Positions 13,409 to 25,297 of a stretch of DNA of 64,000 nucleotides are shown here, in pieces (the stretch's first letter is position 1; the number at the start of each line of letters is the position of its first letter). Location of the stretch: contig NC_054879.1 of the NCBI RefSeq assembly GCF_018320785.1, forward strand, positions 26,520,546 through 26,584,545. Reading direction: 5' to 3'. A model generated the notes under the pieces. That model was not told the origin of the DNA, searched no databases, and saw only the letters and a program-made list of their open reading frames with translations. Origin of the DNA: Cheilinus undulatus. Its lineage: Eukaryota. A program made the position numbers and the translations under genes.

Positions 13409-15367
13409 GTGTGAATAATGATCTACTTTTCAACAGCCAGGAGATGCTTTGTTGTATTCATATGTCAAAATAAGGGATGAATTATGACAGAGACATGTGA
13501 CAGATAACAGAATCACACTGAAATTCCCTTCCACAGTGATCTTTACATTTACACTACTGCTGAGTGATGAATATAATTGAAAAATCAATTCAGTATTTGG
13601 TCTTCAGCTGGTCAAGCCACAGGACCCAACAGCACCTCTAAAATAGCAGAGCGTGACCCAAGTCTTTTAAAAAGTTCAACTACTTAAACTTATTAATGAG
13701 GAATGATGTAGTTAGATCAGTCTATCCCCTCTTGATGACTTCAGATCTCATATTGTGTTGTATTTAAATTACATGCTAAATGCAGAGCTGGCCACATACC
13801 ACTTGCTATTATCCCCTCAAAGTAATCGTGTAACACAGACTTTCTGACACAACTTTTTTTTAATTCTCAAGTACAAATCTGTGACATAGGTGTGTTGTGA
13901 AAAAGGCTCCACAACACACTTTTGCATCCTGACCCACAAGTTGAACCATTAGTCTAAAAGCAGAAACCAACTACAATACCAGAGTAGCTATACAGAGATT
14001 GAACAGGAATGGAGTGCCAGTTGAACAGGGGAAGTAAATGTCCATGTGAGACCATGCAATCTAAAGGATGAATTTGTTTTACTGAGGACTTTAATTGGTT
14101 TAAAAAACAATTATCTATCCCAATTTGTTACATAGCACCTAATTCTTTCTCTTAGCTACGTAAGCAAAAAATAATAAAAGAGAGAGTTCTCAGGTAGAAT
14201 TCAAACAAGATTGCTTATTTTAGGTCTAATAAAAATAAGGATTTATTCCCATAAAGTAGGGATGCTTGATATTATTTGCATGATATCAGTATCTGAATAT
14301 TAGCTTATAAAGTTAAGAAGCCAACATTTATTTTGATAGTAACAACCTATTTATTGTCTGCAAATATCAGCCATATATCCAGATAATTTTGAGGAGTTTT
14401 TGGCTGGATCAACAGACGTCAGCTGAGGTTGACATAATAGGTATCGGCAAAAATCCAGTATTGTTGTGCTTTCTTATCAAAAGAAAGTCTTGTCTTCAGG
14501 CTGGCATTATCTAAAAATCTGTTAATAAGAATAAAATGAAAATTAAATTAAAGCAACATTTTAAGTTTTTTTTTTCCAATAATCTACAATACAACTGATA
14601 TGTGAGGGAACTGTGCAGTATTGAGTCACGAAAGACACGGGCAACCTTTAAAAAAATGGCAAAGGCGAGTTCCTAATGAAAATGTATTGCTGTATTTATG
14701 TGTAATTTTAACCCTTCTGAAGAAACTGTGTGAATAAGGGACTGGTATATGGTAAAAAAAAAAAAAGTTTTGATAGCTACATAAAAAAAATTAACAAGAA
14801 AGTGAAGTAGAGGTGAGCTGCCTACCAAGGATCAATGGACAGAGGAAAAGTAGGAAATCTTAATAATGGAAAAACTGACACATTGTTTGAGATTGCAAGA
14901 CACGCTCATTGAAGACAACTGGAAAAATGGGCATTATTCAGGACAAAATGCAGCAACATGATAACACAAAATGTAAGGAAAGAGGAAAGGATTTAGCTGT
15001 TGATACAAGGGGAATGGACAGACACTGGAAGCCTACCTCCCTAAAAGTGCCTTTAATCTTCTTTTAGTTCTTAAAAAACTTTGACTTTATTGTCCATGTG
15101 TTTATCATCGTTCACTACATGTACAAAAATTTAGAAATAATCAATCAAAAAGTTTATGACAAAAATCAATTTGCCTTAAAAAGGACTCATCAGTCATATT
15201 AAAATAAAAGATATTTTTTCTGAAGTGGTGGGGGAAAACCTGAGATGTTATTTTCATAGAATAATACCTTGGCTAAGTTCAGGCTACAGTTTGAAAAAGT
15301 GAAGTCTTTATCATTATGTCATGAGTATTTCCAAATGATTTGAACACAGTCCTTTAAAATTTTCCAG

Positions 15368-15446
15368 AAAATATTCGGAAACTGACCCTGATCTTCCAAC
15401 CTTTCCGGATAATTTCCAGGTGGCCAAGTATTCGATCTTTGAAAAG
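15368..15446 (+). CDS. parp4: PARP4 exon: RKYSETDPDLPTFPDNFQVAKYSIFEK
   Basis: Acceptor ttttccAG, donor aag|GTAAAC. Matches human HLPQDFEVAKYNTLEK. Confidence 0.8.
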
Positions 15447-15531
15447 GTAAACTGTAATTTATGTAAAGCTTATTGCTTCTGCTTTTAAACGTGTAATTGC
15501 CTTACTATTTTTGAAACATCTGTCTCTCCAG

Positions 15532-15636
15532 GTTAATACCAACACTTGGTGTGTGCTTGAGCTGCAGAGTTTCAAAGGAGATGAAGGATGGAAGTATCGT
15601 GTGGTCAGATACTGGAAAGATGATATATCATCCATG
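15532..15636 (+). CDS. parp4: PARP4 exon: VNTNTWCVLELQSFKGDEGWKYRVVRYWKDDISSM
   Basis: Acceptor ctctccAG, donor atg|GTATTA. Matches human VGMEGGQEAVVVELQCSRDSRDCPFLISSHFLLDDGM. Confidence 0.8.
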
Positions 15637-15879
15637 GTATTAAGTCTTTTTTTAATTAACCGCTTTTACTGCATGTAGAATAGAACACTACTTGAATTTA
15701 CGTAATAGCCATTGTTGAGCTTTTATTTAATGCCAGCTCTTGCTCTTGCCACTGCCCCAACAACGTCAGCTGTGTTTCCCTTGTTTAATTTAGTTAAATA
15801 GTATATTGTAGACATTTTTGCTGCTTGCATTAATTGCACTCATAATCCTGCCTTCAGGTTTGTATAACTTGCTTCTTGT

Positions 15880-17270
15880 TGTTTTTTAAAACTTGCATTT
15901 TATATTCATATGGAAAAATAAAAAACCAAGAATAAGATATAAGTTGCTTCAGAGCATTAAAGAAAAGGGTGGACTAAATTTACCTAATATTAAAAAATAC
16001 TACTGGGCATCCCAACTAAGAGCACTAAAAGTATGGATTGATAAGGAGCTTGAGACAGGATGGAGGGAAATGGAGCAAAATTCATGCCCTAAAATGCCCC
16101 TAGAGTCTTTACCATTTGTAACAAAGAAAATACAAAATGATTTAAAAATTAAAAATGAATGGATTAAAGGAACATTAAAAATTTGGACAATAATAAAAAG
16201 AAAGCTAAGAATGTCTGATTCAATCTGCAGGGCCACTAAAATAGCATTAAATCCAGACTTTATACCCTCAATGGAAGGAGGATTCTACAAATGGAAAGAG
16301 AAGGGACTGATATACACTGGATAGCTTTTTGAAGGTGAACATATTAAATCTTTTGAACAGTTAAAAAACGAATTTAGCTTAAATGTACAAGATTTTTATA
16401 AATTTTTACAAATTAGAAATTACCTTACTAAACATAAGGAATGGGAGTATATCTGTAAGAAACCAAAATACTGTGAAGAATTATTAATGACAAATTCATG
16501 TAATACTAAAAAGATTATCTCAAAAATGTATAAAGCCCTGCAGGTTGAATCAGAAGACAACAATCTTGATATTAAGGACAAATGGGAGAAAGAGAGAAAT
16601 ATAATAATTTTAGAGGAAAACTGGGAGGAATCATTTAAAGTAGGACAGAAATTATTAAATAGTATTTCATGGTGAGAGTTTGAATGGAAATCAAAAATGC
16701 AATATTTTATTGTTCCAACTGATACATCAAAATACAATGGAAGATCTGACAAATGCTGGAGGGGCTGTGGTCAGACAGGAGACTATGCACATATATTTTG
16801 GGACTGTCCCATAATTAAAGAATACTGGGACAATGTAAAAAGTAAGATTGAAGATATTTGCAAGGAGAAATTGAATTTGGATTTACAATTATTCTTACTA
16901 GGCATTATACCAAAATCTATATCATTAAAAAATAGGAAAATTATTTTAATTCTGAGTACAATAGCAAAAAAAACTATAACTGTTTCCTGGCTAAAACCAC
17001 AGCCTCCCAGTGTGGATTACTGGTGGGAAAGGGTTAATGAAGTGATGGACATGGAAAGAATGACGGCTAGATTGCAGTTTAAATTGAAGAAATTTGAAGA
17101 GTTATGGTCACCTGTAATACAGGAGACAAAAAACTGACATATACCCTACATTACTTATTTATTATTATTATTATTTTTATTTTATTTTATATTATTATTA
17201 TTATTATTATTGTTATTATTTTATTTTATTATTACTATTTTTTTGTGTGTGTGTCTTTTTTTATTGTTTA
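15880..17270 (+). mobile_element. L1-type LINE 3' fragment (ORF2 C-terminus with Cys-rich CWRGCG..HIFWDCP motif) with (ATT)n tail
   Basis: ORFs 15893-16324 and 16697-17137 resemble the L1 ORF2 C-terminus (FIWKNKKPRI..., CWRGCGQTGDYAHIFWDCP). The fragment ends in a microsatellite tail at 17151-17260 and lies in a PARP4 intron. Confidence 0.75.
17151..17260. repeat. (ATT)n/(TTA)n microsatellite (L1 tail)
   Basis: ttattattattattatttttattttattttatattattattattattattattgttattatt... Confidence 0.9.
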
Positions 17271-17750
17271 ATGTTATTTTTGAGGTGAACTACTACTGTT
17301 GTCAGTAATATTATTACCATTTTTCTGAGCTTGTTTAATGGTGGAGGGTTACTGAATAAGGGCGAAAAAGGGGGGTGGAACAAAATAATGTACAAGTAAT
17401 ATTGAACCACAATATATGTTAATAATAGAATAGAGCTAAATGTAACATATGTTGATAACTATATAGGAAATACCAGTAGTATGTAATGTAAAGTTTTTGG
17501 TGTATATATGAGTACATATGTGTATATTGCAAATGTATTTATCTTTGTATGGAAATATGGACAATGTTACAAAATTAATTAATCATCTGTAATGAAATTG
17601 TACAATAAAATATAGTTAATTCAAAAACTTGGATTTTAAAGAATGTATTGCTAAAGAGTCCACTTTAAGCCCTAGAGTTTCAGTTAATCAAAACAGGAAT
17701 AACATGAAGCAGATCTGAAAACGTGAAGATATCTGTGTTTGTGTCAACAG

Positions 17751-17909
17751 AAGGAGGCAGTGAAGAACACGCTAGTGTTTCTTTCCAAATCAGAGGATGC
17801 TCTGGAGGTGTTCAAATCCTTGAGAGAGACCATGCTAAAAACCGACCTGCAGCTGAGGAGCAACTTTCCTCCACAGGCCCAGACTCTGGGCTCTGCCCCC
17901 CTCCAGGAG
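17751..17909 (+). CDS. parp4: PARP4 exon (PARP helical/regulatory region): KEAVKNTLVFLSKSEDALEVFKSLRETMLKTDLQLRSNFPPQAQTLGSAPLQE
   Basis: Acceptor caacAG, donor gag|GTATGG. Aligns to human ETRRQFAIKKTSEDASEYFENYIEELKKQGFLLREHFTPEATQLASEQLQA. Confidence 0.8.
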
Positions 17910-18847
17910 GTATGGCACACTCAATATACATCACTACAGATAATACTGACAATCTTATTCAAGGCAAGACAGATAAATATGTTAAAAATAAGTTAAGTTC
18001 TATAACTACAAATGTGTCACCTGAATTTGCTGCAAACAAAATTTGTATATCAGTGTCACGTTTTATGTCCACTTAGCTTTTTTTCAATGCTGCACAAGCA
18101 TTAGAGGTCAGAAAATAAAAGTGGCAAGACCAGTCTGCTCTACCCCATAAGCACACAGTGAAACAGTGCAATGTGGGTGGGGCAAGTGAGGTTGAGAGAG
18201 CGCAGCACATAATTCCGCACAGGTGGAGGAAAACGAAGCAAATACTTCAGATGATCATTTGTTCTAATGCAAAAAGTTTACCAGTGAAGCCGTCTGTTAA
18301 AAGACTCATTCTCTCTAAAGCTACGAGCATTCAGTGCATTGTAATCTCTGTGTGTCAGCTCCTTATCCTCAAAGTTCTTTATACTATAAACAATTATAAG
18401 CCATATCTGTAATAAATCCTCTATTAAGATCTCATTTGAACAGATTTTTCAATTTAAAACAACTTAAATGTATGCTGGGTAAATGTTGGGTTTAAATCAG
18501 GCTTGGGCCCTTAATTGCAGTTTAATTGTACAGGCCAGGCTTGGAGAGTTTGTCATAGGCCCAGGTAAGGTTTTGGTCTCAATCTAAGTTCTAACCAGCA
18601 TATGGAGAATATGAACTACACAAAATCTAAAGAACACATATTTAATTAGCACCACTCACTTTTTATTGTATTTTATTTTTGTAAGTTTTGAAGTTACAGG
18701 AGGTTTTATGTTGATTGTGTGTACTAAATGTCTCATGTCTGGATGATATAATTTGTGTTATTTTGCCTAGTAGCACTTAGAAGAACAAACTTGATACGAT
18801 TGAAACATGAAAGTAAAAAAAAGTCTCTCCATAGGCTCTTAATTACA

Positions 18848-19105
18848 CAAAGTATTAACCCATTTTAACCCATTTCTGTCATGTTTTTGTCACTTTTAAT
18901 GCCCTTTAGCCACTGTTTGCCACTTTTAGCCTATTTTTGCTGCTTTTGCACCTTGTATACCACTTTAAACGCATGTCTTCACTTTTTTTCAATGTTTACC
19001 ACTTAAAACCCAATTTTTAAAAATTTTTGCCACTTACAATCCATTTTTGACAAGTTTTGCATTTTTTGCCACTTTTTTGCCTCTTGGAACCCATTTTCAC
19101 CACAT
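18848..19105. repeat. Minisatellite-like array of ~20-22-bp units (TTTGCCACTTTTAACCCATTTT-like)
   Basis: Degenerate tandem units. The same motif family recurs at 19690-20060 and 62840-63260. Confidence 0.75.
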
Positions 19106-19689
19106 CTGTGTAAGGGTGTTCCCAAGTGTCTATTCGGCTAAATGCTCATTTAAATTTCGTTTAACTGACTAGTCTTAAGAGGGGAAAATCCTTAGAAAAT
19201 AGTCAAATTCCTCACAGGGTCATTGTGTTAGCGGGTACAATGTGAGTCTGATTTTCTCTGTACAGCGTGGCTCACATTAAAAGCTAGCTCTGATAGCCTT
19301 CAGTCCTCTATGCAAATTAAAATTAGTAGATTGTGCTCTGATGTTTTGCCTCTTTTCACTTTGATAGTGTAGTTACACATGAGTTCAACCCTTGACAGTC
19401 TACATAGCACTTTATTTGCATTTATTAATTAAAAAACTGTCAGACCGCGCTGTTCCAACTACATGCTAAGTGCTAGGCTACAGCTGAGCTTCTCATTTTT
19501 ACATCCAATGAAGTGCCATTGGATCGCTCAGACAGGAAGGCAGCGGCCATTAACTGAAGCTACAGCGGTCTCTAGTGGCGGGAGTTTCATTATACCAGGA
19601 TTTCAAGACAGTGTTTAAAAAACGATAGGTAATTAGTTTAATCGACTCAGAAATTTTGCGCCAGCCAATTTGATAAACAAATGTAAACC

Positions 19690-20060
19690 TTTAATCAGCA
19701 TATCCCTTCGTTTTTGCCACTTTTTTTTTTCCAATTTTTTTTTTTTCTGGCTTTTTGCCTTTTTCATGGAGAGAGGCTGTGTATACCTGGGCTGCCCACA
19801 TATATGAGGCTTGACCATATCACAAGGCCATTATGCCCAAACTTTTTTTTGGCACTTTTAACCCATTTTTGCCACTTACTGCCACTTTCAACCCAATTTA
19901 ACCAGTTTTTGCCACTTTAAGCCAATTTTTGCCTCTTTAAATCTGTTTTTGTCACTGCTCTTCAGCTTGAACCCATTTAATCATTTTATGACACTTTAAA
20001 TCCATTTTCACAACTTTTTTTTGCAACTTTTTTTTTTAACCAACTTTATTTTTATTTTCT
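19690..20060. repeat. Second block of the GCCACTTTT/AACCCATTTT minisatellite family
   Basis: ttgccactttttttttttccaa...ttttgccacttactgccactttcaacccaatttaacc... The blocks flank a ~600-bp non-repetitive core at 19105-19690, suggesting one composite element. Confidence 0.7.
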
Positions 20061-20558
20061 GGCATCCTGACTTCTGACATTACCTTCAAAATAATTTAGT
20101 CCAATGTGCCCAACTATATTTTAAGGGTAATTCTGTTTTAAGAAAGAGGTTTACATCTTGAAAAGCTATATTGTATATTTGCTGTATTGTCCTACAGCAT
20201 AAATCAAAAATTCATTTTTGTTGCTCTGATAAGAGTGATTATTATTCAGGTTAGGGGTAAAATATGGTCATCACAGCTTTGCTTTACAATGGATCATGAT
20301 TTTGCTGACTTCCGTGGGCCCCCCATTTGCTCGGGCCACCTAGCAAGGCCCCCTTATGGGCGGCCTTGCACACAGGTATTGTACTGCCTAATGTTATACA
20401 TTGTTGTAGCATTAAGAATACAGAAAACAACAGAGAATGTGCAGTACTGTCCTTTTTGTAAAGACAGATCTGTTTGTGTCATTGGGATGTTTGGGTTTGC
20501 ATCTGAAGAATCTAATAAGCTTGTACGTTCATTTTCATTTGCCTTGTTAAAATGACAG

Positions 20559-20696
20559 CTGCTGCTGGAGGAGAAGCTGAACACAGGAAGCTTATCAAAA
20601 GAAGTGGGCACATTTGTGGAGCTGTTGTGGACCGAGGCCTTGGGTTGCCTAAACAACATCCTCAGAGTTTCCATCGACAAGCTCAGTCTCAACGAT
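20559..20696 (+). CDS. parp4: PARP4 exon (PARP helical domain): LLLEEKLNTGSLSKEVGTFVELLWTEALGCLNNILRVSIDKLSLND
   Basis: Acceptor tgacAG, donor gat|GTAAGA. Aligns to human LLLEEVMNSSTLSQEVSDLVEMIWAEALGHLEHMLLKPVNRISLND. Confidence 0.87.
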
Positions 20697-20858
20697 GTAA
20701 GATTCTCAAGAGGGAATTTTTCTGTTAAACCTTTGTCTCTAATCAGATCACATGAGTAGTTCCAGCTGTCTCATCAGCATCTTGTTTGGTTAAGTGCCTT
20801 TTTATTATTCTCACTAGATGTGCATTTTTGCCTCATTCCTTAATCTGTTTATGTGTAG

Positions 20859-21026
20859 GTGAGCAGGGCGGAGGGTTATTTGCTTCAGGCTCAGAAGAAG
20901 CTGAAGGAGGAAAATCATACTGAAGTGGCAGCTCTCATGGAAGAAGTTTACACGTTGCTGCCACACAAAGCACCACCCTCACCTCCCTCTGTAAAACTCA
21001 TCTCTCAGAAACTGGACCTCTGTCAG
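20859..21026 (+). CDS. parp4: PARP4 exon (PARP helical domain): VSRAEGYLLQAQKKLKEENHTEVAALMEEVYTLLPHKAPPSPPSVKLISQKLDLCQ
   Basis: Acceptor tgtgtAG, donor cag|GTAACA. Aligns to human VSKAEGILLLVKAALKNGETAEQLQKMMTEFYRLIPHKGTMPKEVNLGLLAKKADLCQ. Confidence 0.87.
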
Positions 21027-21049
21027 GTAACACTGAATATAGTATACGT

Positions 21050-21215
21050 GTGTGCACAATCTTGTACGATACAGTAGGATACAGTAGGATCGAAGCTAGC
21101 ATAGGGTAGGATAGGACACGATACGATACAATACAGTGGCTTTTGATTTCATACCATGTGATACAGCTCAAGATATGATATGATACGATATGATATGATG
21201 CAATAAAACAGGAGG
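21050..21215. repeat. GATAC/GATATGATAC-rich low-complexity minisatellite
   Basis: gtacgatacagtaggatacagtaggatcg...cacgatacgatacaatacag...gatatgatatgatacgatatgatatgatg. Confidence 0.7.
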
Positions 21216-21329
21216 CCATATGTTACTTTACGGGCAATATGATGTTTTGATGTTTATTGGGGTTTTTTTCTAGCCTTGCTCCTATTGATGTGCACATTTT
21301 TGTACAGTTTACAGCCCTGTGCAGAACTT

Positions 21330-21700
21330 TAAGGCATAGTTTTGGCTGGAAATTGAGGCAGAAGTAAGGCATAAGTGGTGAGTAAGTCCCCCTGAGTCAC
21401 CATCGGGTAGGAAGAAGGACTGACACAACCCCAGTAGAGCTCTGGATATCCTTGCGTATTACCAGGGGCATGAGAAAATAATCTGTTGGAAAAACGAACA
21501 AAGTCCACACCTTTGGGGCAGAGGATGTAGAGGATTTGTAAAGTAAGCACAGCTAAGGGCATTGTCTGGGCCGGTAGTAGGGTTATGACGAGCCCGAGGT
21601 AGTGCTGTGGATCGATATGTGTTGAGCTTGGCTCTAGCCACCTTTCACCCCTTTCTAGCCCCAGGTTGTGGCACAGTGGGCCCTACATGCCTAAAAGTTT
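21330..21700. repeat. Dispersed repeat copy (pairs with 540-840)
   Basis: See 540-840. It lies in a PARP4 intron. Confidence 0.6.
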
Positions 21701-21955
21701 TGCACATGACTATATATAACGTAAAGATGCAAATATGCACTAAATCCAAGCAGGCTTTGAGTCTGTAATGACAGATTCAAGCTGCCTGTATCCTTAAAAA
21801 TTTAAGTTCCAACAGTTTGCAACAAAACAGCTTTTTGAACATCCATCTCATGTCATGTAAAACACATTTCCATATCTGTTAGTGATGGTTGTTGGACTGA
21901 GTGATTCCTGATTTGATTTACATGCTTTGACATTGATTGTGTTCTTTTTGTCAAG

Positions 21956-22107
21956 GTAATCCGTGATATGTTGAATGTAAGTGAGATGACTCAAGGAAGC
22001 CCCATGCCTTCCTCTCTGGGGAAATACCGAGCTCTGAGATGCAGCATTGAGACCATTCCCCCTGGCAGCTCTGAGTTTCATGCTGTGACCGCCACGCTTC
22101 GGGGCAG
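21956..22107 (+). CDS. parp4: PARP4 exon (start of catalytic domain): VIRDMLNVSEMTQGSPMPSSLGKYRALRCSIETIPPGSSEFHAVTATLRG
   Basis: Acceptor tcaAG|gta, donor ggcag|GTAGGG. Aligns to human LIRDMVNVCETNLSKPNPPSLAKYRALRCKIEHVEQNTEEFLRVRKEV. Ends in phase 2. Confidence 0.86.
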
Positions 22108-22453
22108 GTAGGGTACCTCCCACTTCCTGACCCCCAGCTACTATTTTTGCATCACCAGAACCATGTGACTTCAAAGAACCTATTGGCAACAAAATAGGAA
22201 ATAAAAAATGGCTTTGTTTTTCAGGAACTTTTTACCCAGATGAAAAAGTAACTATCTAGCAGATTACCAGACATACAGAAATAACTTCTTGTATTACTCA
22301 TTACAATAAAAAGTAATTTGAGCATGCTAACAGATAACATTTTTAATATCTTACTGCAAATACTACTCCTTATGCATATGTAAATATGTGTGTTTATGCG
22401 GTATGTGTGTTTTTTGTTTCTCATACCCCAACTTTCCCATCTATTCTATGCAG

Positions 22454-22585
22454 CAAAGTGCAGATCAAACAGGTTTTCCGTGTCAGCAGAGGAGTGGAGC
22501 TCCAGATGTTCAAAAGTGAAATCGGGAACGTTCAGCCCCTCCTCCATTCCTCCAGTCCCAGCAACTTTGTAGGAGTGCTTTCTCG
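22454..22585 (+). CDS. parp4: PARP4 exon (catalytic; His of the H-Y-E triad): SKVQIKQVFRVSRGVELQMFKSEIGNVQPLLHSSSPSNFVGVLSR
   Basis: Acceptor ctatgcAG, donor tctcg|GTAAAA. Aligns to human VLQIFRVGRVNETTEFLSKLGNVRPLLHGSPVQNIVGILCR. Confidence 0.86.
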
Positions 22586-22829
22586 GTAAAATCACACTTG
22601 TAAAAACAAACATAAACATCATCAGTCACAAGAACAGCTGCTTTTTAGTGAAAAATGTACTGGTTTATTTTGATGTATCTGCTCTTATTAATATTTAACT
22701 TTTTGAAAAAAATGGTGTATATCTCAAAACATATAGCATTAAAATATTTTGGAATATAATTCAAGCTAACCAGTTATCCTTTAGCTTGTCTTTGAATTCA
22801 CATAATCCTGAGTGAGGAAAATGTTTAGA

Positions 22830-23880
22830 TGATGACAAGCAGTGCTGCCATGGGTCACCATGGAGAAGCGGAATGGAAATGTAAAAGAACCCTACAAGGA
22901 AAAACTATTTTTACACAAAGCAAATGTATTTCAAGAAATTGTGGAGGACTACTACAGTACACTTGTACTAGAAATGTTAAGGTATCCTTTTCTTTAATAA
23001 TATATTACATTGGCCATTAAAATAACATTTTTTTCTCCACTTGGGGGAAAAAGTATCCGATTTCTATTTGGAATTCCTGCTAGATTATAGGATCTGCTAT
23101 GGCAGTCTTTAATACAGCAGCACTCCCCTACCATGTGGATTTTCTGAAGTTATCAAGCCAACACAATGGGTAAATAACAAAGAAAGTATAGGTCAGCTCA
23201 GACTACACAAATTCAGCCAGTTTCTGACCCAAACGCAGCGTCGTAGCTCATTGGCAAACCTCGGGCCTGAATGTGCTTATCGGGCATGACAAATGGACTT
23301 GCAGTGTGACATAATCAACAACGCATCCAAGACGCCCCTCAACCACAACTCAACGAGACGAGTATGTCAGAATTTCTTTTGCATCATTGCTTACTTTGAC
23401 ACCCTGACCTGATGTCCACAACATTAATCCTGACATCTACCAATGGGAGAGCATTTGCTCTTATATTTGTTACTATTTACCAGAGTGATATTAAACAGGT
23501 CCCCACTTTTTCTCCCTCTGGGGATTTATTTCATACAGTTGGCTTTTGTTTTGAGATTTTTGACAACTCCAAACAGACTTTTATGTGTTTTGCACTGTGG
23601 CAAAGCTCCTGCCTAACCCCTCTCCCAAAAAGCCCAGATTGGTGGAGGGCTGCAGTGATGGTTGTCCTTCTAGAAATTTATCCCATCTCCACACAGGATC
23701 TCTGGAGCTCAGTCAGAGTGACCATCAGGTTCTTGAACACCTCTCTTACTAAGACCCCTCTCCTCCAATTTCTAAGTTTGTCCGGGCAACCAGCTCTTGG
23801 AAAAGTCCTGGATGTGCCAAACCTATTACATTGGAGAATTGTGGAGGTCACTGTGAATAGTTAAATAAATGTGATATTTC
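22830..23880 (-). mobile_element. Degraded Tc1-like element remnant
   Basis: Reverse complement of 23690-23740 encodes KNLMVTLTELQS, the Tc1 transposase N-terminal motif. ORF 23412-23864 is its antisense artefact. Confidence 0.5.
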
Positions 23881-23884
23881 ATAT

Positions 23885-24470
23885 TCATGCATTCATCTTC
23901 TTCCACTTATCTGGGGCCAGGTCCTTGCTGTAGCAGGCTAAGCAAGTCCACTCAGACAACCCTTTCCCCAGCAACACCTTCCAACTCCTTCTGAGAGATC
24001 CTGAGGCATTCCCAGACCATACAGGATATGTAATCCCTCCAGCGCATTCTGGGTCTCCTTCCAGTTGGACATGTCTAGAATACCTTCACAGGGAGGTGAC
24101 CAGGAGCCATCCTGATCAGATGCCCAAACCACCTCCCCTCCACTGGCTCCTTTTGATGTGAAAGAGCAGCGGCTCTACTCCTAGCTCCCCCCGGATGTCT
24201 GAACTCCTTACTCCATCTCTAAGGCTGAGTCCAGCCACCCTCCAGAGAAAACTCATTTCGGCCGCTTGTATCCTCGATCTCATCCTCCATGTCATCTGCA
24301 AAAAAGCAGAGACAGAGTTCTAAGGTTCCCAAACTGTAAACTCTCCTTCTCCCCCAGCTGCACCTCAAGATCCTGTCCATAAAAATCACAGACAGAATCC
24401 GAGATAAGGGGCTGAGGCAAAAACACATCGGGAACATGTTCAACTTTGTGCTGGGAATGTGAACACAACT
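23885..24470 (-). mobile_element. LINE (non-LTR retrotransposon) 3' fragment: reverse-transcriptase C-terminus plus conserved tail
   Basis: Minus ORFs encode ...FADDMEDEIEDTSG... and VAGLSLRDGVRSSDIRGELGVEPLLFHIKRSQWRW. The 3' terminus ...ccagcaaggacctggccccagataagtgg (reverse complement) at about 23885 belongs to the same family as 56641 and 63917. Confidence 0.75.
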
Positions 24471-24709
24471 CTCGCTTTAGTTATACAGGGACCTGACGGT
24501 TCGCCTCAGCAGCCTCCTTCATGGTTAAAGAGCAGGTCCACTGTCCCACAGCTAGTACAAAATCTGCATTGTTCCTCCTGTATCCAAAGTTCGACAGGGA
24601 TTTTCAATAAGTGGTTATGTAATAAGAAGCAGCTTCATCTTCAACTTAAATAATTTAAATTAATTGACTTCAGTTTTGTAATAAAGGTTTGTGTTCTGTC
24701 TCTTTTTAG

Positions 24710-24808
24710 TGGTCTGTTGCCGCCGCGTATGGTAGTGGAGGATCATGGGATTGAGAGAACAGACATCGGTAATCTGGGCAGTGGAATCTACTTTAGTGAC
24801 TCTATAAG
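24710..24808 (+). CDS. parp4: PARP4 exon (catalytic; GSGIYFSDS motif): RGLLPPRMVVEDHGIERTDIGNLGSGIYFSDSI
   Basis: Acceptor ctttttAG, donor taag|GTTAGC. Near-identical to human GLLLPKVVEDRGVQRTDVGNLGSGIYFSDSL. Confidence 0.9.
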
Positions 24809-24994
24809 GTTAGCAGCACAGTTTTTGTGTTCAGTGCATGAAACCAGCCTTCAAAACAGACTTTTTAGACAAAAACAAAGTAAGCCAAAGTGATTTTAAG
24901 AACATGCTTACCAGTAAAAATGACATCAAACCATTATCACACAGCCATCTTTAGGCGTTATGACCTTTTTCTTTTTTTTTTAATCAATCCACAG

Positions 24995-25178
24995 GACTAG
25001 TGTGAAATACTCTAAACCCAGCGCGACAGACGGCTCTCGGCTGGTGCTTGTGTGCGATGTGGCATTGGGAAAGTGCATGGATCTCTACAAAAAGGACTTC
25101 ATGCTGACCAAGGCTCCTGAGGGACACAACAGTGTGCATGGTGTTCGCATTACCCGTGGCAATTGTTCTCAGTTTCTG
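24995..25178 (+). CDS. parp4: PARP4 exon (catalytic): RTSVKYSKPSATDGSRLVLVCDVALGKCMDLYKKDFMLTKAPEGHNSVHGVRITRGNCSQFL
   Basis: Acceptor ccacAG, donor ctg|GTACGA. Matches human STSIKYSHPGETDGTRLLLICDVALGKCMDLHEKDFSLTEAPPGYDSVHGV. Confidence 0.9.
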
Positions 25179-25297
25179 GTACGAAATGAGCATCAAGCAT
25201 TATGAAACACATGCTTGTATTATTTAGCTCTAACTACTACTGTATACCGAACATTTCGGCTTGTATGTGAACATGTGAAATCCTCCTTGTGCTGCAG

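Noticed and set aside
15893-17137. Plus-strand ORFs of 143 and 146 aa between PARP4 exons
   Set aside because: They are the L1 ORF2 C-terminal region with its CWRGCG...HIFWDCP motif, followed by an (ATT)n tail. They form no part of the PARP4 reading frame.
19714-19920. ORFs (19714-19920, 62929-63168, 20998-21219) encoding Phe/Leu/His/Cys-rich peptides
   Set aside because: They lie entirely within minisatellite or low-complexity arrays. Their periodic amino-acid composition comes from the repeat unit, not from coding constraint.
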